Origin: Azolla caroliniana
Lineage: Eukaryota; Plantae; Polypodiophyta
DNA: 64,000 bases
NCBI GenBank assembly: GCA_043228905.1
Contig: JBHGNT010000001.1
Location: 29,946,001-30,010,000, forward strand
Direction of reading: 5' to 3'
Shown piece by piece: positions 37,822 to 51,438 of this stretch (positions are counted from its first letter, which is position 1; every line of letters begins with the position of its first letter). Below the pieces are notes generated by a model that saw only the letters and a program-made list of their open reading frames with translations, ran no database searches and was not told the origin of the DNA. The position numbers were made by a program, and so were the translations under genes.

Positions 37822-40521
37822 TTTTTTCTTTACTTCTCTTTAGTTGTTTCCTTTTTATATAGGTAAAGAAAATGTTAAAATGTCATGCTAGCACTACTTT
37901 CTGTTAATTTTAGTTTACTAATAGAACTTACCACGTTGACATCACGAGAATGGCAACAGGCAATTGACTCAAAAACTCTTGATTTTTGGAAGTATCTCTA
38001 CTTATGTCTATAGTAGCCATTTCTTTGTAGTTGGGGGTCAGGGGGAGGGGGGAAGAGGAATGGGGGAATATGGAAATTTGAACTTAAAAAGGCTTTCTTG
38101 CCGATAAGGTGTTGGAATTGAAGAATCAGCGGAAAACACGAGAAAGCTGAAATCACTGGAAAGCTTCGAGGATCTTCGGAAATTATGATATTTTTTTCCC
38201 AAAATGATTTTATCTTCATGCAATATATACATGCTTTTTAATGGCATTATCAAGCCATCTTGAGAGGTTTGAATGGTCAAGAATCTCTCTTATCCAGAAG
38301 AATGTAAACATGCAACCGATGAAATCTTCAAATAGTATCCAGCATAATGTCACACATTAATGTTTTACTTTTGGTTTGCAAACATTCTCTTAATTTTGGG
38401 TTTCACGTCTAAATTTGAGTAGTCATTACTTTTTATCATGTGATTTTTGCATACTATGATTTTTCTTTTCCAAAATTTATGAATCTTTCTTGCTTAATTT
38501 GCAATATGGTCGTTACCATGAGAATCCATCTATCTTTAATCTATAGAATCAGAAAGGGTATAACTTTGTCATTATTGGGCAGAAGATCATGGCATGTGAT
38601 TTGAAGGATCTAAATCTTTGTTTGAGTCCTTGTACGTACTGTTGAAACTAAGACATCAGAAAAGTGGTGTTGAGTAGGGCACCATGTTGACTCCTGTCTC
38701 CAACCTTGGGTCCCCTCAGGAAATACAACAATTCATGCAGCTACTACCTGCTTCACTATATGAGTCTACCAAGATACGTAAACCCTGTGATGTGCATCTA
38801 CATTTACTTTGGTAGAAAACGTGACAGTTCCATTTATGAATCGAGCCATGGGTTAAGTCAAGAAAAGTACAATCATGTGTATGTATCCAATCATATTTTG
38901 ATGAAAAGGCAGCCAATGTGGCATGGCGTGTCCTACCAATAATTTATATTTATCAAGTATAAGTTGATTGAACCAAAGAAGTAATCACAACATGAATTGG
39001 TCATTCCAAATGATTTGCAAATTGAACATTTGAATAAAGTAAGTCACATTCTGCAAAAAAATAAACTCCCAAATTGGTTCGCTTACGGTAGATCCTCAAT
39101 TGAATCGCTATAATATGGTTTGAGGTAGCTCTCAAGTTGGCCTCAAAAAATTTGAGTGGAAAAAATAAAGTAAAAAATAAAATCAGTTGTTATCTTTAAT
39201 TTAGAAGTGCTTTGGTCATCATGTCCTTTTTGAGTTAGCATTGTATCCAATAAAGATAAGATGGTGAAATGGAGTTTTGTCAATTGATTGTTGTGACTTA
39301 TAAAAGCATTCATTCGATCATAGGATTTTGGATAAATTCTCAATATATTCCTTGGATCATCAAATCCTCAAATGGATTTATCGTACCATCAAAATAATTG
39401 TTGGACAAAAAACTTGTCTAAGGATTCACCAGCTGAGTATTTGAGCAACACAAATACAATGTGTAAATATGACATCATTGTTTTCAAAAGTATATTAATC
39501 TATTTATCAAGAAACACAAGGCCTAACATCGTCGACTACTTGCAAAAGGGGTGTGTATATATACCAAAGTGAACCTAAACAATAGGCACAATATCACTAA
39601 GTACCAAAATGCACCATTTGAAGCCAATGTATAGCTGAGGTTACAAAAACTATTCTTTCAATTTTTTTTAAAGAATATATTGTTTTCTGCTCTACTTTGA
39701 GTGTTTATAATTTAAACTCAAGGCAATGCAAAATGCTATTTTAGAGTCATGCAAGTAGACCATGGCCTTTAGAACTATGGAACCTAGGTTTAATATACCT
39801 CGTGGGTATGACCATATTTGGATTGCCTAGTCTTTTGGCCCAATTCTAGAATTAACGAAAATTTTGGTCATTCATTACAAAACAATTGATCTTCATTATG
39901 CACGCCAATGATATCTATTATAAGTTTATATTAAATATAGAGCTCTTTGAGTGATGAAGGAATCTAGCACATGGCACATTACTTGTTTCATAAAGTGGTG
40001 ACCTCAAGCGTATGATTTAGGATGACAATCTCATCTTCCATTTCATGCAAAATTGTTTCGTTGGTGGCCAATGGTGAACATGTGGTCTTTGGTAGTGGAT
40101 GTTTTTTATATATATATAATGATTGAAGAGTTGCTAGAGATAGATTCCTTTTATGCCCATTCGTAAATCATGGGCTTGTTAATTTTGTTAACTAGGAAAA
40201 TCATTACCTACCGAACACAATGTTTTCCCTAAATAGATTTTGTTTAAAACTAATAAGCATACCATTTTCATTGATTGTGTTAGCCTTTGAAAGGGTTTTC
40301 GCTCATAGAGATAGAGCTTCATTGTACTCATCATATATGGTTATGTTTGAGTACCTTAGGTACGGGGTTTGTGGAGTATGAGAAATGGGTTCTTGTTCGA
40401 TGTTCTCCATGGACTATCACAATAGGCCCTAAGCTAAAAGGAACTTTGATTAGGAAGTTTTCGCAACTAAGCTCTCTCTTGGGCACCTTATCCTCATTTA
40501 TGTCATAACATCTTCATTATC

Positions 40522-40525
<4 letters not shown>

Positions 40526-40582
<57 letters not shown>
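40526..40582. repeat. (GA)n microsatellite
   Basis: Long GA run seen directly. Confidence 0.95.
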
Positions 40583-40585
<3 letters not shown>

Positions 40586-43500
40586 TGTGTTTCTTTTGCT
40601 AAATGGATGTGGAGAATAGTAAGCATCAATTTGTTTTTGGTTAATAGCACGATTGGTTTGGAATGCAATATGTGGAGAGTAGAGTGGGGCCCAACTTCAA
40701 AGTTATTGTTGAGTACTTAAAGTATTGGGGGCTATGGTTCTATTGGAGTATAAGAAATGCCTTCAATTTTGTTTTGCAAGTTGGGTTGAAGAAATACGTT
40801 ACGAGGTTAAAAGGATTTCTTTTGTGGCAAATTTCATTGTTGTAAAATCAGGGAATCTATCACATGAAGGGCAACAAGGGCATAAGATCTCCACCATAGC
40901 TTGATGTGGCGAAGGTGATAAAAATACATTACAATAATGTGCAATAACATTTCTACTCTCAAACTAGATCTATCTTATAAATTAAGTCCCAATATTTGAG
41001 AAACTAAACACATCAAGTGGAACATGGTTATAGTTACATGATCAAGTTACAAGATACACATTTTCCTACTCCTTGATAGATGCATGTTTTCGGAAAATAC
41101 ATTATTATCTTCAAAAATATAAATATATTATTAAGGAAAAAGAAAAATCCCTTTAAAAAGAAAAAGCGAGAGATAAAACAAATATATCATAAGTGAATAG
41201 CATTTTATGGAATTCCAACAAAGATTCCTATTCTTGAATCTTCACAAACAAAAGAAATTGGAAATTCTTTTTGTTTCACTAAGAAAAAAGAATGTCATAT
41301 GGTGGTGGCATTTCCATTTGGCATGGTCTAAAGACATTATATTCACTCAAATTTCACGGGCTTTGGTGTGCGGTCTGTTAATGTTTGAACTTGGCATGGT
41401 ATGTAAAGAAAAAAGGCTTTGATGAACCCAATCCATCACAACCTCAACGATGAACTTGTCACACAAACACTTTCAAGGATGAACATTGTTACACCATGTA
41501 TAATGCAATGCCTTTGGTGCAGTAGAAAGATGTTCCTCTTGCTTTTTATCATGTCAGTTTTCATTATTGGCATGACTATATCTTTCATCCAAGGACCAAC
41601 ACCTCATTCAATTCCACAATTTTGTTGTACAGAACCAACCTAGAAGATGACACGTTATATTTTCGCCATTTTCCAAAGTGTAGTCCTCAAAGAACAAACA
41701 TAATCTAGCCACATACATATTGGTACATGTTGAGAGCAATGTGTGATAAAGGCTTGTTGCCTTTTGATTAAAAAAAATAGATTTATTGAAACATTTCCCC
41801 ACATTGTTTCAATATTTTAATATATTTGAATTTAGTCGTGTTACTTCCTTTGATGCAATGCAAAACTTGGAATTTCATGGAAATGTTGGATAATAAGAGC
41901 ATTACTCAATCAAAATTCTCATATTTTTGACGATATATAGAGATTAAAATATTATAGCTTGCACCACCATAGTTATTCTATAGCAAGGTTCTCTCATTCA
42001 CTTATTCCTAACCTTGAAACTTAATGACAATTATTCTATAGCAAGGTTCTAAGGGTGGCAAGAGAAGTAGCAGGAAAAACTCTAGAAACACCTTTGGATT
42101 CCAGCAAATGTCATAATTTATCAATATTTTGCAAAATGCCCTTGTCAAACAATTTTATGCACTATTTAAATAATGTCAATTTCCTTTTTCTCAATTACAT
42201 ATGTCATTTGAGCTAATAGGGCAATACCAAGCAACATCACGAGGAAAGAAAAAAGAAAAAACCAAGGGTATGTTGAAGCTTTTTGCTTGAGTAAAAGATC
42301 ATGTTTGCAAAGCTATATCGAAAGTATTAGGAAAACCACCCAATTTTCAAATATGATGAATGTGAGCATTATGACAAGGTGCACTTCCCAAGTAGGCTGA
42401 CGCCACAGCTAACTTACAATTGCAAGAAATTGATCTTGAAAGTTTAATGTATGTAAAATGCTTTAATTTTCAATGTAAATAAATGGTTTTGATTGACTCT
42501 AAGGTACTTTGCCTCTCACTCTCTTTAAAAGTTAGCTAAAAAGTGTGAAGTATTAAAGGATTTTAAGAGCATCTAAGGAATGACATCCTTTTCAAATGCG
42601 ATAAAGGTGAACCGATCTCATTTTAATCCATTGCCTCTCTGCTATTAATTTGCTTTCCTTGTGTTCCATCCGCTTTATTCTCTTTAAGTTGCACCCTAGA
42701 ATTTTATGAGATGTTTGCCCCATATATAGGCAAGTAAAAATCTTTTTGTGCTTGTCCACTACCTTAATATAGAGACGGTCGTGTTTTTATTCCCTCGACC
42801 AAAATGTCAAGGCATTGGTATGCCTTTTGCATGTTGTAAAAGGTTCTAGGATTGACACACTAGCTAGTTGGTTTTTTTTCCAAACAAGTTGATTGTGTGT
42901 ATTCTATGAAACGTCTCATTAAATTAGCAAATCAGCATGTCATAATTGTCCAAAAGATAAAGTGGAACACCTATTTGGGTCGACGAAGCGTTATAGCAAA
43001 TTCAATCTCCAAATCTTCTTAAACTAGCTCTTGATGATTATAGTACGAACCCTCAAGAAATGCCTTGAATATGAACCATATGAATACATTACGGCTAGTC
43101 ATCATGATGTACTTATTAGCAAACTTCAGCATTTTCCATGACAAGTTTTTGTGAAATACTGCGTGTTTCTTGGAATGTTACTCAATATATTGTTATAGTC
43201 ATTGGGAATGATCAAATCAGCATTCCTTTTTTGCAAAGCTAATTCATAGAGTTAACATTTTGAGAAAGGAGTGTCCATATGTTTTTCTTTTTTAATTTGG
43301 ATATTTTTTTGTTGTAAATTTCAAAATTGATTGCCCATTCTCCCTTTTGTTTGTTAATCCCATAATGGATTTACAAACTCTCTAATATTAAGCATAACCA
43401 CATGGGAACTCAAACTTTCGTCCTAACCATGAGATAGACTTTATTTTCTTATACACCAATTACTCAAACTTTAACATGTGACTGTTCATCTATCCATTCC

Positions 43501-46087
43501 CCTTGGCATCCACAAACAAAATCGTATTCGTTTCGACACTATTCCATCCCTATAACTCAACTCAAATTTGTACAACTAGTGCTCACTAGCCATGGCACTA
43601 TGTGACTTTCAATTAATCAACATAAATTGTGGATAGGATGAAAATGCAAATAATTTCGTCTTTCTTCAATTTATGTGGCATTTGATGGATAATTTCAACT
43701 CAAATGTTTTCTTTTGGAACTCATTTAATGAACTGTCAATTTTTGAACTAAGTTCATGCTACCTACTTTCTTTATTTTGGAAAGGCAAAGAGTACTACTA
43801 GATGTTTCCAGTCGTCATTAATATAATTCACATGACAGTTTTGTCTTCATTATCAACTAGCGGATTGTTGTTCTATTCTTCAATAGAAAATCTCTACAAA
43901 GTCCGCAAGTGTTAAAGACACATCATTCCTTACCAATGGTACATATGTTGTGCTTTCAAGGCTTCTTCCCTTTTCCATAGGAATATGAATATGTGTATCA
44001 TCATGTTAAGTTGTTTCTCAATTAATATAACATGAAAAGAAAGTGTGCTCTCTTACAATTCTTCATGATTACTACTTTTTCCTATCCCCAATTCTTACTT
44101 GGCCCAAAATTGTCATTGTTTTGTAAGGCTTTTGATTGTTTCTGAGGGTAGCCTTAGGTCACCCCCTAAAATGAATTGAGAGTGCCTTTTTCATTAGCAT
44201 GGGAACAATGTTATGTCCACCATAACCATGATGGCAATGTATGGGGGTGTAAATCTTGGAATGGTGGTTCGACTTGCTACCTAGTATTGCAAAGCCTTGG
44301 AACCCTATGAGTACCATGTTGCACCTTCATACATGAGAAGTTGGAAAACTTTACAATGAGCAAGTTAGGAAATTCATTTCTTTGTATGACACTTTCACAA
44401 ATCATATCAATTGATTGCCTTCCATAAGCCATGGGTATGAGATTTTGAAAGTTGAAAAGCATTATGATCTTCTCAACTCTTTATCATGTTGGGGAAAAAA
44501 GTTTGTAACTAATAAACCAAGTAACTCAATCATTTTGATGACATTTCTAAAATGTGAGGAAAAGCACAAAGTTTTACATAGGCAACTTGAAAATTTCATC
44601 ATTTGGCATTAGGTCCACTTATTTTATATTATGAATAGACATTTATTGTGTCTTGTGTCTCATCGCTTCAGAACAAAACTTTGGTATGGGCAAAGTGTAT
44701 ACTTCATCATTAGAAGTTGTCACGAGCTATGTCATAAATATTGGCATTTTATGGTCTCAGTGTAAAGAAGTCCCGGTCTTTAATAAAAAGGTACAAAACT
44801 TGTATGCTATAACACATTAAATGTGTGAAATTGAATGAACGACATATGTGCTCATTAAAGATCCTTACCTAGCAACACCCATGCTCAATATATGTAAAGC
44901 AATGAACAATCCAAGCATCCATTAAGATAGTTATGTAAGCACACGGAAGTTATGCTCAATAATGTTTCGTATCGGGCATATAGTAAAAAAAACTATCTCA
45001 TGCATATATATGTTGTGAAGCCAAGCCAAAAATACAATTGGTATTGTGTTCCTAAAATCAACCGACCAAACGTCATTTTTTTATCTCGACTATGCTATTG
45101 AACCCACTGAAAAGGTTTTCACTTTATAGACGGTCACAATGTACTTTTAGTTAGTAGATATTTCACCCTCCTTTATGCAATATCATGTAAAAATTGTGTG
45201 CTACATATTTAATTGATCCTCTAGATGTTATGTTGTTAGTGATAAATACTTGAAGATATTGAATGACCTTTGAGTATCCTAAATGATGTAAAATCATTTT
45301 CTCGTTGATTACTGGTTTAAGCATCATCATCATGGAGAGCTCACAAATCATTCATGAAACTTGTCTTGGTGACTTATTTTAAATATAGTGATGCTCCAAC
45401 TACAAAAATGTAAATAACAATGATGTTCCAACTACTGTAATTTATGTTGTTTTGTTCTGTTGCCATGAAAACTATAACTTTTAGTTACATGTACATGTAC
45501 AACTATGTGCATACCACATATAAATACAAATACAAATACAAATACAAATACACACACACATCTTATCACAAACAAAAAAACATGCACTTGCAGTTATATG
45601 CATATATAAATTTGCACTTACTGTGTACTACAAAAGTAAAATAAAACATTGGCAATTTATGGCTAATGGTTAAATGTTGGCTTATTTGAGAGTATGGATT
45701 GTGCTTTTTACATGTTTGTACAGTCTATGTCCACGTCATTCTATAATATGCAATGAATATAGATTTTGCCTATTAGTGTCAACAACTGAGAGATGCATTA
45801 AAGACTTGGGGGTGTCACAATTAGTTTGTTATGTATGGTTTAAAGAACTTGTTTCTCTTACTTCCGAAGATAAACTATATAAGATTGACGTGATGTTGGA
45901 GAGTATCTAAAGCTCTATGTACATTCACGTGTAAAGTTGATGTGTTCACCTTGAAAATAAGTTAGCATTCATTTTCCTCATCTATAAAAGAGCATTACAT
46001 AATGTTGGAAGGAGAAGTCATTCACACCGAAGTTGATTTATCATTCTTAGAGTCATACAATGTAGTACTTGGGGCTAGTGATCTATC

Positions 46088-49000
46088 ATGTATTTAGATA
46101 ATCAACAAGTAGCAATTAGCTTTCCCAACCAACAATACTCACTTAAAACCCTAGAAATGGAACCCAAAGAGAGCTACAATAATAATTTAATAGAGAATCC
46201 TACGGTAACAAGCCGTTCTAATGCCTACAAGGTTATGAGTAATTCTCATCACAATGATGTGTTTGAGAACAATAGTCATGGAAACTTCTTAGAGAACCTA
46301 GAGATTAATGGAGTACGTAGTTGCATGAATCATATTGGTGGCAATGAGAATTGTAGCTCCAAAAGGAAGAGGGACTGGTTGAGTACCTTACGTACTCCTA
46401 GCCAATATAGTGCAAAGAATTGTGTAAACTCCTTGATCACTAGTGTCAAGGTTAGCAATGGATCGAGCTTGCCTCCAGGATGGGAACAATACATGGATCT
46501 CAAGGTACATAACAATTTATATTAAGACATTTAAGACTTTCATTGATAATTTATAAATTTGTCTTTAGTTTTATAGTTTTTTTTAACTAGTTTATAACTC
46601 CTCATTTAATTGGTTTATGACTTATGGATAAGCAATTTCTTATTCTTAACATGGTGGGGATAATTGTTACATGACTAATGGTTTTGGACTATATATATGC
46701 ACAACTTAGTAAATGAGGCTTGTGTAAGCCGTTTACTTTGAATATAGAAAAGAGACTTTGGTATCTCTATAAATATGGTTCTTCTTCAAAGCCCAAGTGA
46801 AGTTAGCTTCAATTGAAAAGTCTTGGCCAACTATTTCCAAGGTAGGTTATCTCTGAATCTATAGTCATTAATGGTGGCCCAAACTACTTCCTATAGAAAA
46901 ACTCATATGGTGTTTATGACTTATGGATAAGTAATTTCTTATTCTTAACATGGTGGTAATAATTGGTACATGACTAATGGTTTGGACTATATATACGCAC
47001 AACATATTAGTAAATGAGGCTAGTGTAAGCCGTTCACTTTGAATATAGAAGAGAGAATTTGGTATCTCTATAAATATGGTTCTTCTTCAAAGCCCAAGTG
47101 AAGTTAGCTTCAATTGAAAAGTCTTGCGAAGTCTCACACTTCTTAGTCTTTCCAAGGTAGTTTATCTCCAAATCTATAGTCCTTAATGGTGGCCCAAACT
47201 ATTTCCTATAGAAAAACTCACGTGCTTGGGTTGTTAGAACAAGTTTGCCTTCTATATGTATTAGTATTTCCAAAGTGATTATGGTATTGAATAAGGACCT
47301 CACATTAGCATGTAATTATCATAATGAAGAGGACCGAATGATCATGCATTCAACCCGTATATTCCGCAATGACATCTAGTAAGGTAGTTGTGAGTTTTGA
47401 AATTGGATGCATGGGTTTGTAGCAATTTGGCTTACAACTACGGTATATGATAAAAAACGAAGAGATAGACTTGAGATTATGTGACATTTTTTACACACAC
47501 ACCCCAAAAATTTAATCATCTCTAGAGTGCCAATATGTGACATCTCTAATTTCAAACTTCCTTTAGATGAAAAATTATGCCGATTTTTACGTGCTCACCT
47601 TGAGGGAATGAATCCATCTGGAAGATAAAGATTTCCATGTAGTTTGCTTGCATCAATGTAAGTAACAATCGGCAACGGTTTGAACTGTACCGTGAAATCG
47701 CGGCTTAACGGTTTGAACTGTTCGGTTCGGTTTCAACAGTTAGAAACTGCGGTTTAAATGGTTCAACGTTTTTTTGTTTAAAAAAAAAAAGGTTTTAAAA
47801 TTTTAAAATTTTGTTTTTAAACAATCTTTTTATTTTCAGGCCTTCTTCTCACATTTTGGGAAAATCTTTAAAATTTTGAATTTTAAAATAATGAACATTT
47901 AAAATTTTGAATTTTGACCTAAGTTGAAAACTGAAACCGAACAACGAAACCACAATTTTAACAATTTGAAATTTTTTTAACGGTTTCGTGGTTTAGTTCA
48001 AGTTTCAAAAAAATTTAACGGTTCCGTTTTGACAAACCGAACCGTTGCCGATTGTTAAATATAAATCATCTGTGGAGCTGCCCTTCTAGAGACAAATCTA
48101 TAAGTCATCCTTTTCAAACGTAATATCTAAAGAACTAGGGACGAATAAATTGTATACAATAATATTTACTTTTATGTAGGTGACATTGTATATTTATAAC
48201 CTCTCGGATTTATTTTTTCTAGCATTTCGTTGAGAGCTGCGTGTGATGAGTTTCCATGTTAAACTCATTCACAAAATGCAAAAATATTTACCAAATGTGC
48301 AAAGATGAGACAATTTATTTATCACATTGTACATTGCTTATAATGACTTTTTTGTGTTCAAGCCTAGGCTTGAAAGGTGTGACAAAGGGAGCATTGATTG
48401 CTAGCATAGAATTCACTAGGCCTTTAAACCAAAATAAATCATGAGACTACTTAACAAGCGAACGAAATCAGTAGTTGGCCATGCAATTCCAATATCATTA
48501 TTAGCTCATCTAGAAACTTATCCCAAGATGAACACTTCCTTGGGGAAGAAGTTGTGGTTCAAGCAAAACCATTTCTTTGGCTCAACGAGAGTCCAACTAG
48601 AAGAAGACACTTGGTACTTTCCAAAAGAGATGCTAACAATTTTGAAAATCATATAAAAATAAACTTATAAGTTTCCTATGAGTAGAATGGAATGCAAACT
48701 AATTGCAAATACTTTTAAATTGACTGATGAATCCTAAATTAAAATGTGCATTTGCTTGTTTAAAATTAGAATAATCAAGTTATTATTTTGGTTTAATATG
48801 TTGAGATTAGTAACCAATGATATTGACAATCATTAGAATGGAATGCATTTAAGTAATTGCAATACGTTTTTAGTGATGACTCCTAAGTTAAAAACGTGCA
48901 TTTGTTGTTTAAACTTAGAATAATCAAGTTATAATTTTGGGTTAATATGTTGAGATTAGTAACCAATGATATTGACCATCATTAGAATGGAATGCATTTA

Positions 49001-49717
49001 AATAATTGCAATACTTTTAAATTGAGTGATGACTCCTAAATTGAAATGTGCATTTGTTGTTTAAACTTAGAACAATCAAGTTATAAATTTGGGGTAATAT
49101 GTTGAGATTAGTAACCAAATGATATTGACCATCAGAATCTCATTTCAATTTAACAGTCAGGCGAGACATACTATGTGAATTGGAAGACCAGGACAAAGCA
49201 TTTGAGGATACAATGCCCTGAGGTGCAGAAATGCTTAGCAGAAGCCATGGCATCTAGTCAAAGAGCATGTGACAAAGCTAGCACCATACAACAAGATGAG
49301 CACACATCTAATTCGAGTACAGAAAGATGGCTGTCGAAGATGACAGCTACGGCATCAGCACTTGCTAATGGCGCTAAAGATACCACAACACCTAAAAGCC
49401 CAAACACTCCGACCATCCAAACCCACCATAGCGATCTCATGAATTTCTCCATGCCCCCTACTCAAAATCACGCAACCACAGATCTATTAGGGAGCCTCAT
49501 GCGTAAAAATATAGAGAAACCGAGTTCAATGTCTCAATTTGACGATCGGAACTCAAATCGAGGGGATCCACAAGTTCAGCCGCCATTAACGACCGTTGTT
49601 TGTGGTGTTTGTAATATGTTTGTCATGTTGTCCTCACATTCTTGCCCTAATTGCAATACTGTCATCCTTGGTACATCGCCCTCTGATCATATTGCCAGCT
49701 CTACAACATCCACATAA
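46088..49717 (+). CDS. CURLY FLAG LEAF 1-like WW-domain protein, 2 exons (46088-46504, 49157-49717), ~325 aa
   Basis: A phase-0 intron splits the WW domain LPPGWEQYMDLK|SGETYYVNWKT. The C-terminal CGVCNMFVML..CPNC Cys cluster is characteristic of the CFL1 family. Confidence 0.85.
46613..47220. repeat. ~300-bp tandem duplication in the WW-gene intron
   Basis: GTTTATGACTTATGGATAAG...GGTGGCCCAAACTA.TTCCTATAGAAAAACTCA occurs twice with high identity. Confidence 0.9.
47663..48057. mobile_element. hAT-type MITE family A, second copy
   Basis: TIRs TAACAATCGGCAACGGTT / AACCGTTGCCGATTGTTA. Colinear with 19485-19863. Degenerate TSD AATGTAAG / AATATAAA. Confidence 0.88.
48684..49133. repeat. Three ~150-bp tandem copies just upstream of the exon-2 acceptor
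   Basis: AGAATGGAATGCA...GTGCATTTG..TTAGAA.AATCAAGTTAT...TAATATGTTGAGATTAGTAACCAA..GATATTGAC occurs three times. Confidence 0.9.
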
Positions 49718-51438
49718 AAATAATGCTATACTTGGCGGCCTTCATCTTGTATAGTCTCCTTTGTTATTGTAGCCTAGTATCCTATCCAAAAAAAACAACT
49801 TTTAATAATATCTTTTGCTTATCACCAACTTGATCAACGTATTTGATGCTAAAATTATTCACGCATGGTGCATGATTTTTGTTGCATATCGCATGAGCTG
49901 AAATTATTCAACAATATTACAACATATTTTTCCAGGTGATGAAGCTCAATTGAAACAACCAAACAAGTAGCATAATGCCAATAATCCAGCCCAAGAATGA
50001 TAGCAAGTATCTGAGCATTTCCATTACTATTTTATTCATCTAAACATAAAGAGTATGAGAAAACAAGGGGAAACCGTATTACTTACAAGGATTACCATTA
50101 AATTTTATATAAATTACATTACCTAGGGCAAAATGTATATTAATGAGGATAGATACATTATTACATTCAACATGAGGGGCATTCTCCATGTTTTCCTCAA
50201 GAAGATCTAGTTGGAGTTTCTCTTTTTGTATAATGGTAATCTCAGACCCAACAAGACAAGATATAAACAAGTATCTTTTCCCAACATAAAATGGCCCTTA
50301 ATCGTCTCAATTTCACATGAAAAGGGCACATTGTACTAAAGTTTAAGTTATATCATCGTGGACATGGCACCAATTAGGTCTGACATCAGCATTCATCTTG
50401 ATCCTAGAAGAGGTCCAGGCTTGCACCACTTACTTCTTAAACATTCATTGCTTTTATGTATCCAAATCCATTATTTATTCATTCTACAAATGATGTCCAA
50501 TGTTGATGATCCAATGGCAAAAGTATGTATTAAAGGTTTCGATCAAAGACAAATTTAAGTCAAGCACCAGCATGTAAATCTTTGTCAAACACAATTATGT
50601 TGATAGGTTTTCCGTTAGTTATACCACAGTTATATTGATCCTGATATTGGCAAACATTGTTCAGGATAGCTACTCCAAGCAACAAGTGTCATATACACAA
50701 ATTTGTATATGAATAGCCTGAGCATTATTTTGGCAAGTTCCCTATCTTTGTGTGCATATTTCAGTGCATGTTTATCAGTGCCTCAACGTTTGTTCACTTT
50801 AAGCAAAAAAGCATGTTTTGGGTATACACTCCTGATAAAGCTCGTATTCATTTATCTTTACAAAAAACTTTCCAAACAAGTCTGGAGAAACAAGACTCTT
50901 CCCAGCACAAGATATATACATCACGTGATATTTAACTTGAAGAAAGTTCCACATGTAAAGGATATCAATGAAAATACACAATTATAATCATAAAAGAAAT
51001 GTCGCCAGTAGGAATCGGTTTTCCTCCACAAGGTAAAGATGATTAGTTCAATTCCACTACTGTCAAAGAAAATGATGCATTACACCATATGATATATGTT
51101 TACATTAATAAATGCTTCTTTAGCGTAAGTAGAATACCATTCCAACAATAATATCTCATGATTGTATTTGAATATTGTACCCACTATTATGAAGAGTCCA
51201 TGAAAATTATTGCTGTTCTGAACAGTTTGTCTACAATGAAAATCACTTCAAAACCGTTTCCTTTTCACCGAAGATTTCAGGCTGTCTTTCAAAACTAGGG
51301 CCTCAATAAATGAGATTTGATTTCAAGGCAGATCCATCTTATGAAGGTAAGTGGGTTGCTATGGTAAGAATAAAACCTCATGTTGAGAGATCTATGGTAC
51401 AGGGAAAATGCCTACAATTTTTTTTCCAAAAAACCATT

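Noticed and set aside
41400-44800. Possible degraded transposase region
   Set aside because: Only short ORFs, with no defensible motifs or termini.
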